This document shows, one piece after another, positions 26,462 through 38,676 of a stretch of DNA of 64,000 nt. The position numbers and the translations under genes were made by a program. Origin of the DNA: Hemiscyllium ocellatum (taxonomy: Eukaryota); NCBI RefSeq assembly GCF_020745735.1, contig NC_083420.1:9300001-9364000 (forward strand), read 5' to 3'. The notes under the pieces were generated by a model. That model was not told the origin of the DNA and ran no database searches. It worked only from the letters and a program-made list of their open reading frames with translations. How positions within the stretch are numbered: the first letter of the stretch is position 1; every line of letters begins with the position of its first letter.

Positions 26462-27297
26462 GGAAAAACTGAGGATTGCTGATGCTGGAGATTAGAGTCG
26501 AGAGTGTGGTGCTGGAAAAGCACAGCAGGTCAGGTACCATCCAAGGAGCAGGGGAATCAATGTTTCAGGCATAAGCCCATCATCAGGAATAGGACTTGAG
26601 CCAAGGGGCTGAGAGATAAATGGGAGTGGAGTGGGGCTGGGGGGGTGGGGAAGGTAGCTGAGATTGCGATAGGTAGATGTAGCTAAGGGAGAAGGTTGGA
26701 GAGGAGGGTGGAGTGGATAGATGTGAAAGGTGATGGACAGGTCAGGAGAGTGTGCTGAGTTGGAGGCTTGAGACTGGGATAATGTGGGGGGAGGGGAAAT
26801 TAGGAAACTGTTGAAATCCACATTGATCTCCGTGTGGTTGCAGGGTCCCAAGGAACATCTCTGGAACACCTGCACATGATAAAATTATGCTACCCCACGA
26901 GTGAACACTTCGACGACTCCTCCCACTCAGTCAAGGACTGCTGCCTCCATCACTAAACCCTTACCAACCGGCGCCTGGACGAGGAACACCTCATATTCCA
27001 TCTTGGGACCCTGCAATCACACTGGATAAATGTGGATTTCAACAGTTTTCTCCTTTCCCCCTCCCTCCACATTATCCCAGTCTCAAGCCTCCAACTCTGC
27101 ACAGACCTCCTGACTTGTCCATAGTCTTTCCCATCTATCCGTTCTGCCTTCCTCTCCGACCTATCACAATCTCAGCTACCTTCCTCAGCCCCCAGGCCCA
27201 CAAGCCTCGTTCCCGATGAAGGGCTTATGCCCAAAAATTTGATTCTCCTGCTCCTTGGGTGCTGCCTGACCTGCAATGCTTTTCCAGCACCACACTC
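26462..27297. mobile_element. Penelope-like element remnant: two inverted 3' ends (GIY-YIG C-terminus + pseudo-LTR family C)
   Basis: + arm 26969-27052 reads RRLDEEHLIFHLGTLQSHWINVDFNSFL; the - arm has INVDFNSFL. Both arms end in the hammerhead-bearing repeat. Confidence 0.8.
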
Positions 27298-28094
27298 ATT
27301 GATGGATTTACCTTCAACTGATAGAAGCTGTGGAATTTATTCAATGCTGTGCAAATGTTTGTTCTATCTGGCTGAGGCCCATGTGCATGTTTAGGATTTA
27401 TATCCTGTGTGAGTAATAAATTAGCTGAGGCGTAAAATGTTGTTGAACATAACTCACCTTAAAAATACATAAAATGTGGTTGACTGTAGTGGTTTTAAGG
27501 GAAAGGCAGTCTGTATTTTTCTGGTTGTTCTTGCATTTCCCAATGAAAAATTAAAATACCCTCCAAGTTTTGTGGTGTTTTACAAATGCTGCTCAAAACA
27601 CTTCACATGAGTATTCCCTAAATAATGTATGGATAAATGACGACTGTGATCTAGATGTTGGGTTTAGTCTAAAAATGCTTGCTTTCATTTTCAATTTTCT
27701 TTTCAACCCTTTTGTTTTCAAGATATGGTCATCACTGACAAGTGATTTCTTGATGATCCCAGTTTTTCTAAACTTAGCGCTGTTAGGTTTTTGTTTTGAA
27801 TAGTGGTTATGAAAATAAGGAACTTTTTAAGACGGAGAGTATTGAACTTTGTCAAGTGAACCAGACTGTCATCCATGGGTTTGCAGTTTTCTTCCCTGAA
27901 GGGTGGTAATGACCTAGACTGGTTTGTACAACAGTTAATCACCTTTCATGGTACACTTTTTAAGACTTAAAGTGAAGACCCTTTGAGTTTGGGAAAGATT
28001 GCAATGTTCTAGAAATCCTGCTTCTGATAATTAAGGTTCCCCTAGCTTCCCGGCTAAAAACTTCTCTCCTCTGGAACCAGTAACTTTGTTAAAT

Positions 28095-28835
28095 ACATAA
28101 GGTTTAGAAGCAGAATTAGGCCCATTGAGACTGCTCCGCTGTTTGATCATGGCTGATATGCTCCTCATCCCTATTTTCCTGCCTTCTCCCCATAACCCTT
28201 CCATCCATTTCCAATTAAAAATCTGTCTTAACTCCTTAAACTCTGCCTCAGCATTCATCACACTTTGGCGTAGTGTATTTCACAGATTCTCTCAACCCTT
28301 TGGGAGAAGTAGTTTCTGCTCAACTCTTAACTTTTGCTACCTCTTTCCTAGAATGCCCCACAAGAGGAAGCATCTGCTCCATGTTTATTTTATCCACACC
28401 TTTTATCATCTTGAGCACCTCCATTTGATCTCCTCTCCATTATTCTAAATTATAGAGAGTATCGTCCTAAACTCTTCAATCTTTCTGCATATGACAAACC
28501 ACTCATGTCTGGGATCCATCTAGTGAATCTCTGCTGAACTGCTTCCAATGCCACTACATCTTTCCTCAAATGAGGGGACCAAAATTGTGCGCAGTACTCC
28601 AGGTATGGTCTCACCAATGCCTTGTTTTAGTTCCAACAATTCCTTACCTTTATATTCTATTCCTTTAGTTATAAAAGCCAACATTCCATTCACTTTATTA
28701 TCTGCTGTACCTGCATGCTAGTTTTCTGTGATTCATGAACAAAGGCACTCAGATCCCTCCGCACCGGAGCACCCTGAAATCTCTCCCCATTTAGATAATA
28801 GGTCGCCTTCCCATTTGTTTTGACAAAAATGCATC
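28095..28835 (-). mobile_element. CR1 LINE 3' fragment
   Basis: CR1 3' UTR and C-terminal ORF2 nucleotide motifs, similar to 34220-35640. Confidence 0.75.
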
Positions 28836-29628
28836 AAATATAGGTAAAACTATTATTGTGAAGACTGAACTCATTGCCTTCAATCTCTGCCCCAATCTGT
28901 CTTTCACAGCTACCAATTCCATCCCTCGCTCATGAAACAGTCCGAGATTAAGACAATTATTTTTTCACAACATTGGTATCATATTTAATCCTGAGACAAA
29001 ATTCAGCCTTTGATTCATATAATTATTAGGAGCAGCCCTTTAAACCTCCACAACACTACCTCAGCCTCAGCGCTTCTGCTGCTAAAATCTGCAACTATTT
29101 TTGTACATATTGGAGGGATCTCCTGACTACTGCCCCCTTTCTATCTTCTATAAACTTAAGGTCATTCAAACCTTTGCCCATCTCTGAACTGTCAGCAAGT
29201 CTTGACTGTGATTGCTGACTGATATTGACACCTAGTTTTCAACTTCCTCTGTAGCTTACATATTCTTAGCTTTCTCTCTAATCTCCTCCAACCCTACAGC
29301 CTTCCCTATTATTACATTTCTTTAATTCTGATCTCATGTATTTACAGTTATTAATGCTCCACAATTTGTGGGCAGTGCTTTTCAATTGCCTAAGCATTAG
29401 GATCTGGAGTTCGCTCCCTCCCTTGTCCTCATCACCTCGCTAAGATTCCTACAGGGATCAATGCTGGGGTCACAATTATGTACAGTATATATTAGATTGG
29501 TTTGGGTAAGGGAAATGAACGTACTATTGCCAAGTTTGCAGGTGATGCAAAAGTAGGTGAGAAAACAACAATCTGCAGACAAAACCAAGATAAGTTAAGC
29601 AAGTGAGTAAACATTTGATAGATTACAA

Positions 29629-29990
29629 TACAGAGGAACTGTGCTTATCTGAACGAGATGGGCGACAATATTTCGTTCAGATAATTGTTTATTCAGTTAA
29701 TTGATTCAATACCCCTCTGGGGCTCGGAGTTTTCCGAAATTTCCTTTTTCCTTGCTCTGCCTGCCATGCTCCTCCCTCTCTGTCTCGGGGTTTGTTTCTG
29801 AGCAGACACACGCTTGTCTGCTCAGGGGATAGCACACTCACGCGCAGCCCCACAAGCGCACACCCAGTCTCGCACACAACTTGTTGACAAGTTCCGTCTT
29901 TGCCCTATACAGGACAATGTTGGAGCGATTATCTGGGGAAGGGGGGTTTTGGGTGCACCCTTGTGTAGAATTCCAGTGCCAGTGTGGGAG
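29629..29990. mobile_element. Possible Tc1/mariner (Tigger/pogo-like) MITE fragment with internal hairpins
   Basis: Starts TA|CAG.. with a TTATC(C/T)GAAC subterminal motif. Hairpins at 29645-29684 and 29798-29825. No right terminus identified. Confidence 0.4.
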
Positions 29991-30349
29991 AGAGCGAGAG
30001 GGTTTCTGTCCGCAGATGCTGCCAAACTTGCTGAACTTTTCCAGCAATTTCTGTTGTTGTTTATAGGTGAACAGTTTAATGACCTTATGACAGCACTATC
30101 TCTCCATCTAACTGACCTTTAATGTGGCTCTTTGCTTTATAAACCGAATAACTGCTGTCAAAAGGTCTTCAATACTAACAAGAAATACATTTACTTAATT
30201 ACTTAAAATATAAAAGTGTCAACCAGCAATGGTGCTATCACACTACTTTCAAACTAGCAAATAGTGGTATGTGATCCAGATTATGTGCCAATTAAATTTT
30301 TAAGTACTGACTTAAAATTGTCATTTATGTTGATATTTTCTGTCTTTAG

Positions 30350-30620
30350 TCTCTACAGGCTACCACAGGAGGAGCCTTGCTTGCCAGCTCTCCGTCTTTG
30401 AGTCTTCTGTCACCTTCCTTTAATACAGCAAACCAGAAAATAACTTCAGCAACCCTGAGCCAAGCTTCACTTGGAATGATGCCAGGCATTGTTCCTATGC
30501 ACTTTACTTTTCCTACGGTTTTAACTTTAGGCTCAGACTCGACACCAAAATCTGCTGTATCAACAGATGCAATAGTCACGGGACCTGCCCCGGGCACATT
30601 CCACCATGGCCTTGCACATA
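30350..30620 (+). CDS. UBN1: UBN1 exon (..ATTGGALLASS..DAIVTGPAPGTFHHGLAH); alternative in-frame start at 30359
   Basis: Two in-frame acceptors (tttag|30350 and ctacag|30359), gtaagt donor. DAIVTGPAPG.FHHGL is a UBN1 motif. Confidence 0.92.
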
Positions 30621-31129
30621 GTAAGTTGTAAATTCTGGAGTGTTTGGAGAGTGAATCAAGAGTCACACTAGTTGTTGGAGATCACTTTGATCACAATTAT
30701 TCAAGATCATTGACAAGAATAAGTGTAGAAGTATTATTTCCTTCAGCATTGCACAAGTTGAGAAATAATTATTCTGTTTAAAATTTGTTCATATTTCTTG
30801 TTTCGAGAATGTCTGTTGAAGGTAAGTGTTAATTATTTCACTTGAAAAAAGTGACTTATTTGAACTAGACCTATGCTAAAATGAAGTGTGCATTAATGAT
30901 GTGCCATTGTTGATTCCTGTCCTTCAGTAACCCCTAGCCACTTTTCCCCAAAGAGACTGTCGGTATTAGCATACTCAAATCATTGACCAAATCCGTCTAG
31001 GTACAATTATTTGTTGTTTTAATATCTTCTGCTGAAGATACCTCAGCTTGCTTTATGGGCTTAAACCACCAGTTTATTTTCTACATTGACAGACTAGCAT
31101 TAAATGAGCACAGACTTACCCCTCAGTAA

Positions 31130-32060
31130 AGGGCCAAATGACTATTGTCTCCACCTGAACCTAATTCTGTTCCCAAGCCACTGACTTCATCCATTCCTCT
31201 CCTTGATAACAGTCTGAAACTAAAGCAGGCTGTCAGCTATGACATCATATTTGACCCTAAGATGATCACCTGACCACCCAATTAAGACCTCTTATTTTCA
31301 CGTTTGTAACATTGCCCAACTCCAATACCTCAGCTCACCTGCTGAAACCCTTCCAGGTTTTTGTTACCTCTAGACTTGACTGTGCAAACTCCCTTCTATA
31401 GCCAGCCTCTAACAATCAACCCTCTGTAAAGTGGAGGTCATCTGAAACACTACTGCTTGTATCTCATACCAAGTCCTGTACACCCATCACCCTGTTAAGT
31501 AACATACCCATTCTAAACTTCTCATCATTCGTTTGAAATCGCTGCATGGCCTTGCTCCTCTGTTTTTCTCTTGTCATCCAGCCCCACATCTCTACAATAA
31601 TTGTGCTGCTCCAATTCTGGCCTTTTGAGCATCCCCAATTTGATTGTGCACTTGAATATATTCAGCTGCTTTGTTCATGTGATGGAAGTACTTTGCACAC
31701 CCCTGTGATTGTCTTGGCGAAGATGGCGGTGAGCTGTCAAATTGAACTGTTGCAATTTGAGGCGGAAGGACCACCCACAGTGCTGTTAGGAAGTTCCACA
31801 ATTCTGGTCCAGCAACAGTGAAGGAGTGATGATATAGTTCTATATGAGGATGGTGCATGAGGGGAACTTGCAGATGCTGGTGTTCCTGTACATTTACTGT
31901 CCTTGTTCTTCAAGGTTATAGATGTGGTACACACTGCTGCCACCTTATGTTCATAGTTAAAGGAATGAACCTGGCGAATGGGGTAACGATCACATAGGTT
32001 ACTTTGTCCTGATGGACTGTTCAGTTGGAGCCATTGCTTTCAATCCTAGATGCATTTTTA
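31130..32060. mobile_element. Old L2-like (+) and CR1/L2-group (-) LINE fragments
   Basis: Decayed motifs such as ttgttacctctagacttgact. 31700-32060 resembles the reverse complement of the 18500-18880 family. Confidence 0.55.
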
Positions 32061-33879
32061 CAGATAGCAATAACTGCTTCATACTTGACTTTTTTAATTT
32101 TTTAGAAAAAGACATTCAGTCTTGTACTGAAAATAAAGTGGAGCTTGTTTGAGCAAGTTCGCTGTTTCCAAATGTGTGACACTCCTGCCTTTCAGGGCCA
32201 TAGAATATTTCATCATTATCAGTGACCGATGATGAGCATCAAATAGTTATGTATGAATGACTTGTTGTCTCACATTTAGAGAGAGACAATGAAAAGTGGT
32301 CAGTCACCACATTCCAGCGCCATTTTGAGGTACAAAAGAATGAAAAGACAGTACTTCAATAAAATTCATCTTCATCAGCTGGGGTCCCCAAATTGATTCC
32401 AGATCTCTACTCTGTGCCTGCCACAGCTAGGAGTCCCTGCTGTACCATCACTGTAGCTAATGCCTTGCCACTAATTCCAGGAGTTCCCACTCCGATCACT
32501 GCCATACTGCTCCAGTTTCCCAACGTCAGGAAGGTGAAGGAAAGATGCAAAATAGAAAAAAACAAAAAGGAACAGGGAAAGAAAAGAATGCAGATGGGCC
32601 TATTGTGCCAGTGTCACCCTCATGAATAGCTTTGCCTGCTCTCCTCTCTGCACTTGAGTTAAAACTCTTTTGACGTTGTTGATTTTGCTTTACAACCTAG
32701 AAAAATCATGTGATCTATGATTAAAGATCTCTAACAACAATATTTCTTCATAATCTTTCAAAAGTGATTTTAAATTCTTAACCTACTTTCAGTTTACCTA
32801 TAAAAACTTACCTATTAGCTAATGGATCTCTCAGTCTTACTGTCAGGTAAAATTTAGCTTAGGATATGGCTGTATTGTTTAGCTGCTAAATTGAACTCTA
32901 TTGATCCCAGTATTTATTGTTATTGAAGGAGCGAGCTTCTAACTTGTTATTGATCAAAAGGAAATTGTAAGTGCTTGTAGATTTTTGGCAGATTAGAGGA
33001 GGACATGAGATACAATGTAAATTGCTTCTTGTTCTTTTAAAAAGATATTGTTTTGTACGGAGTATGTTTTGAAATGTGTTAAGACATTCTGATATGCAGT
33101 TTGCATGTTTTGTGACATTTTTCACACTTGGTCAGAAGTATGGGTACGTATTCCTTTAAGGTCACCAAGTTTAGTTGCTGTTTACTAAACTTTGGATCAT
33201 GTCGAGGTCAATGAAGAGACTGTTTCTGCTAAGAGCCATTGGATGAGCTTGTGCAGAAATCATTTGAAACGCTAGATAACCTGACTCTGGAATGTTGTGC
33301 TCTTGAAAAGTTTCCGGATCTGAAAATCCATTGTTAATGAAAACAACCTCATAGGTAATGTCCGAGTTCAGGGGGCATGCATTTGATTTGGTGGGCATTT
33401 GACAAGTCAAAGAGTAAGTCAATCCCCCAGGTGAGGAGTTACCTTGTAACATTTTTAAAATCAAATTCCATTCCATCACTTATCTTTAGTCCAGTCATTC
33501 ATTACTGTAATGATTCTGTCATGTGGCAACCATGTGGAAGGTCCTGATTTTGGAGTGTGTTTGGCTGCCCTCCTCTAACATTGTACATTTACACTATAGA
33601 GGAATGTTGGCCCGATTTGTTAGGCTCCTGTCACTGCCTGCTGCCACTCTCCCCACTGTTACAAAGTGGAAATGTGACTCTTATTTCCACAAGTAAATAG
33701 CTACTCAAAATTTAGCAAGAAATTATTATAGTAGCCACCGAGGGAGATTAATCTTGTCATATTAGTTGCTGTTAGGTGCATTTTCAAATTAGCAAAAATC
33801 ACAACGATGAGCAACATATCAAATCTCACAACTAAGCTAAAATAAATAAAAGCAAAGCAGGTTTTTCACTTTTTCTCAA

Positions 33880-34022
33880 AAAACAAAAGAACTGCAAATG
33901 TAAATCTGGTGACCCTTCCTCAGAAGTGTTCTGAGGTCACCGAACCCGAAATGTTAACTTTGATTTCTTTTCACATATGCTGCCAGACCTGCTGAGCATT
34001 TCCAACAACTTCTGTCTTTGTT
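33880..34022. mobile_element. Family D pseudo-LTR-like remnant
   Basis: gtgacccttcctcagaa/ttctgaggtcac inversion, then cccgaaatgttaac and tgctgccagacctgctgag. Confidence 0.55.
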
Positions 34023-34219
34023 ACAGGTTTTAGCTCGTTTTAATTTTTTGTCTCAATATAACTTTGAACATTAATGTTTTGTAGTTTTAAATCACACTGA
34101 ATAAAAAACGAATTCATTCATAAACTGTCCTTAGTTATAGTATTAAATACAGTGAAAGTTATGGAGTAGCAAAACAATCTGAAAAATAAATCTTGACTAA
34201 ATAAAGAAATATAGTCAAC

Positions 34220-35640
34220 CATAAGACACAGGAGTAGGAGCAGAAGCAGGTCATTTGACCCATTGAGCCTGTTCTATCATTCAGTGAGCTCATGGTTGAT
34301 CTGATCATCCTCAACTCCACTTTCCTTCCTTATTCCCTAATCCCTTGTTCCCCCTTAGTAAAACTTTGTCTGTCTTGGTTGTTTAGTATATTCAAGGCCA
34401 AGCCTGTATACCCCTTTACAGAAAAGAATCGATAGATTCACTACCCTCTGAGGGAAGAAATTCCTCTTCAAAAAGGTGACCCTTTTCAGATTGTACCCTC
34501 CAGTTCTAGGCTCTCCCACAAGAGGAAAGTCTCTCTGTATCTAACCTGTCAAGCCCCCATTGAATCTTGTATGTTTAGCTGCTAAGTTGAACTCTATTGA
34601 TCCCAGTATTTATTGTTATTGAAGGAGCAAGCTTCTAACTTGTTATTGATCAAAAGGAAATTGTAAGTGCTTGTAGATTTTTCGCAGATTAGAGGACCTA
34701 CTGAAACTCTTCAGAAGAATCCCTCTATGCCCAGGATCAACCTAGTAAGCATTTTCTGAGCTGTCTCCAACGCCAGTGTGTCATCTTTTCATAATGGAAT
34801 TTTTAAAAATTCATAATATTCTGTGTGGTCTAACCAGTATCTTGCATAGTTTTAGCAAGACCTCTATTTTTATATTCCATTCCTTTTGGAGTGAAAGCCA
34901 CTATCAGTTGCCTTCCCTCTCCCCTTGTGTGCTAGCATTTTGTGATTCATGCATGAGAACTAACAGCAGCTTTTTGTAGTCTTCCTCCATTTAAATAATA
35001 CGTTGCTCTCTTCCTACCAAAATGCACAACTTCTCATTTTTCTCACATTATATTCCATCAGCTAAGCTTTTTGCCCACTCACTGAATCTGTCTTTATTCC
35101 TTGTAGACTGTCATCTTCACCAATTGCCTTGCCAACTGTTTTTGTATCAAAAAAACTTTCCTTCATCTAAATCACTTCTGTAAATAATTGTGGCCCCATC
35201 ATTGATCTCTGTTGTGTTCCACTAGTTACAAGTTATCATTTTGAAAATTAGAACAGAGGGAGATGAGGGAACTAGCAGTTAGCCAATTTCCATCCATTCC
35301 CATTTTTTATTCCTAACGCACTGGCTTTGTGTAGCCACATGTGCAATACCTTATCGAATGCCTTTTGGTAATCCACATGTAATACACCTATTGGTTATCC
35401 TTTCTCTATCCTACCTATGACATTGTTTGAATTATTTATCAGGCTGCTATCCCCTTCATGAAGCCATGCTGACTCTGCTTGGTTATGCTGCAGTTACATC
35501 CTTTATAACAGGCTCTATTTTTTCCCCAATGACAGATATTTAGCTAACTAGCTTATCCAATGTCTCTATTTCTCTTTGAAAAGAGTGTTGCATTGGAATA
35601 TCTTTTGAAATTTTCCAAAATCTAAGGATTCTTGGATCAT
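34220..35640 (-). mobile_element. CR1 LINE 3' fragment carrying a 125 bp foreign insert
   Basis: CR1 terminus cataagacacaggagtaggagcagaag, decayed RT motifs. Confidence 0.75.
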
Positions 35641-36907
35641 GGCGTAAAATCTGGTGCTACAGTAAAGGGCTTCCTCTGATAAATGAGTTTAAATTCATGA
35701 CTTCAATTTTAAACTTTCCTGTAACTTTTCATAATATTACATCTCTCCAGCACTTGGCTTTTTAAAAACATTTTTACAAGCAGAGGAGATACTTCATTGT
35801 TGTCTAGTGTTCTCAACAAGTAGTTTCACTATTGATGAATACATCATTTCTACATATTTCCAAAAGAACTTAGTTAGAATAGTTACTTGCATTACCTCAG
35901 AATTCCAAATTCATGTTTTATTTTGCATCTGTTGTAAATATCTATTCATTTGGTTGGCATTTACAAACATTAAATCCTCACTTATGACTAGCTGACTGCG
36001 TTGGCGAATGTCGAACAAAAATTCTAGTAAATATCAAGTGATTGCTGGAAATTATAAACATTCATTCCCTCGCCGCCACCAAGTAGAGGTAACAGAGCAC
36101 ACTATATACTTGATACAATTCACCAATTTGTCAAGTCATTTTCAACAGCACCTTTCTAGTCCATGACTTCTACCTCCAAAGGAGTGCTTGTGTGGAACGA
36201 TATCTGCAAGTTTTCCTCTGAGCCCCACACCATTCCTCACTGTTGCAGTGTCAATATCCTCACTTTCTAACTGCACTGTTGGTGAACCTGCAACATGTGA
36301 CTGCAGTAGTTCAAGAAAGCAGCTCACTGAACACCACCTCAGTGGTGGATAGGCACCAAATGCTGCCTTAGCCAGCGGCAACCACTGTAGATAACGTCAA
36401 CTGTCTTTATAGTTATAGTATTGGCCCAGGGAATTCCATGAATTTAAATCCAGGGTTTCTTCAGGAGGATCAGATCTCTGAAAATTAATAAAAAGTAAAA
36501 GTAATTGAGAGTAGGTATGATGATCTTGAAGACTATGTTAATCTGTGCAGTTGTGATACTCTGAGCAAAAAGTAACTGTCTTATCAAATGTGGCAAAGAA
36601 ATGCTTTATCATGAAGTTACTGTGTGTGGGGAGCTAAGAAGCTAAAATTGAATTAATTTACCTATTGCTCAATGTATTGAATGTTAACTGTGGCTCATTT
36701 GGAAGCACACTCGCCTCAAGTCAGAAGATTCTGGGTTCAAGTGCTACTCCAGAGAATTGACCACAACAATTTAGACTGGCATTTCAGTGCCAATTGAGGG
36801 CACACTCTACTGTTTCTTGGTTGTCATTTCCTGTGGTGTGGAAATGACATCACCAACCCAAACATTTAAATAGAAAACAGGAATTTTCAGCATTGCTTCG
36901 CACGAGG

Positions 36908-36949
36908 TCCACTGAAGATGTTACCTAGTAAGGTAATGAAACGTCTGGA
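36908..36949 (+). ncRNA. Minimal type I hammerhead ribozyme motif, intact core (family A)
   Basis: TCCA-CTGAAGA-T-GTTACCT-agta-AGGTAAT-GAAACGTC-TGGA: 7 bp stem II, 4 bp stem I. Confidence 0.7.
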
Positions 36950-37340
36950 AATGAACCTTTCAGCTCAGCGAGCAAACCTACATCCAAAACTTGTTGAACC
37001 GTTTGTTGTGGAAATGCAGTGGAGAACAATTGAGGAATAGTTTTAAATTATCATTGGGTGGTTTGTTTAATGATTGATGGGTTGGTTGTTCTTTTAAAGT
37101 TTCCCACCGTCTTTGTCTCTCAGCTGTCCCTTTGGCATTTAAACAGCCATTGATACGCTGTGCAATACTAATGGCATTTTCCAGCAAATGCCTTTCCCAT
37201 CTTAAAAATCGGTGATTGTATTAATTGTTGCAGACAGTTGTACTGAAATAACTAAACGCTGATTTGCATGCTGTCATGTTCAAACCTGTGGCTTTCCACT
37301 CTCACCAATCAGCTCTTTTTTCTCTTTCTCCATCCTCTAG

Positions 37341-37430
37341 GTATTTTTGCTGGCTTACACACAACCCCTCACCATGCTGTGCAGCTTCCACATGCAGTTT
37401 TACCCACCCACATACAGCAGTCTCTTCAAG
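37341..37430 (+). CDS. UBN1: UBN1 penultimate coding exon (SIFAGLHTTPHHAVQLPHAVLPTHIQQSLQ)
   Basis: Long pyrimidine tract + ctctag, gtaata donor. Matches [29 protein letters not shown]. Confidence 0.93.
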
Positions 37431-38623
37431 GTAATACAGCATGTCACTTGTATCTCTTCACATCTGCATAACCCATTAGGATACTAGATACATTTCTGTC
37501 ATGCCTCACTTTTATTTTAGTGAAGGTAAATTTGTGTAAATTTTTGCCACTTTTGCCTTTTATTCTTGTATTATTTTCTTAATTCTACCCACAATCTGAA
37601 TCTGGATGTTATGTGGCAAGGTGCAGGAAATTTTAAGGGACAAAATCTGGTTATTGAGTAATTATAATTACAATTTTAGTTTGTTTTGTGTTTTCTGGTA
37701 TAGTTTGTAATTTTGTCTTCCCTTGAATTTTGATTTGGAGATGCTGGTGTTGGACTGAGGTGTACAAAGTTTAAAAATCACACAATTTAAATAGAATGCT
37801 TGAATTGAACCACTGAGTGACAAAATGAGGTAGTTTTAGAGGGACCCATCTCCCAAGCTGTAACGATGCAGGAACTGACTTTTAAGACTTGCAGATCTAA
37901 TGAAGGTTGTTGTCCCAGACTTCATGTTAATTAATTTGCTCATTTTAGGGTTACATCATCTACAGCATTCACTCTTCAAACAAAACATGCATATACATAT
38001 GTGCACATCAGTCCATATAGCTGATTAGGAAGGCATTATGTGGTTTGCAGAAATGACTGAGTAGCTTCAATAAAAACTAGGAATTGTAATTAACGCTGCC
38101 GGAAAAGTTGCTAAGCTCAGTTCTTGCTCTCATCTGTGAGAGCAGCACCAATACTTGTACAGTGCCAACTCAAATAGACATTTTAAAATCTACAATAGTT
38201 TGAATAAAATTTCTACAAAATCGATCCCTTCCCCAACAATTAAATGCATCTAAGAATGAACACCTCACTTCTGTGCTTGCTGTAAGATTGTTCGTGATGA
38301 GCTTGAGTTTTCTAGGTCTAGCTTCAACCAAACCACAACACATATTGTACTGCCTATTCATTAGAGTTGTAGGAAAGATGACTGGTACAACATATCTTAC
38401 AGAAGTGGGGGTGCTTCTGAAATTTAGTTTAGATATTAGAAGAAACTGTGTTTGTTCAGCTTGCTCAAGACCAAATTCAGGTGGAACAACACATCTTTCA
38501 GCATCTGTATAAGGCCCAAATCCCCCCCCCCCCCTCAACTTTTTGTTTCTGTCTGTGTAGGATATCTTTTAATATTGATCAAAACTGATTTTTTTCCCCC
38601 CCCCACCTTTCTTCCAAATACAG

Positions 38624-38676
38624 ATGGCAACAAAATCCACGGGGAAGCTTCCAGCATGCAGCGCAAAATGCAGTGA
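38624..38676 (+). CDS. UBN1: UBN1 last coding exon (DGNKIHGEASSMQRKMQ*)
   Basis: Pyrimidine tract + aatacag, phase 1 junction G+AT=D, TGA at 38674-38676. Resembles the mammalian C-terminus GASQLHGKGPAVPRKL. Confidence 0.88.

Noticed and set aside
540-38676. Calling the + strand gene UBN2
   Set aside because: The C-terminal motifs (DAIVTGPAPG.FHHGL, LPHA..PTHI.QSL) and PPL adjacency fit UBN1.
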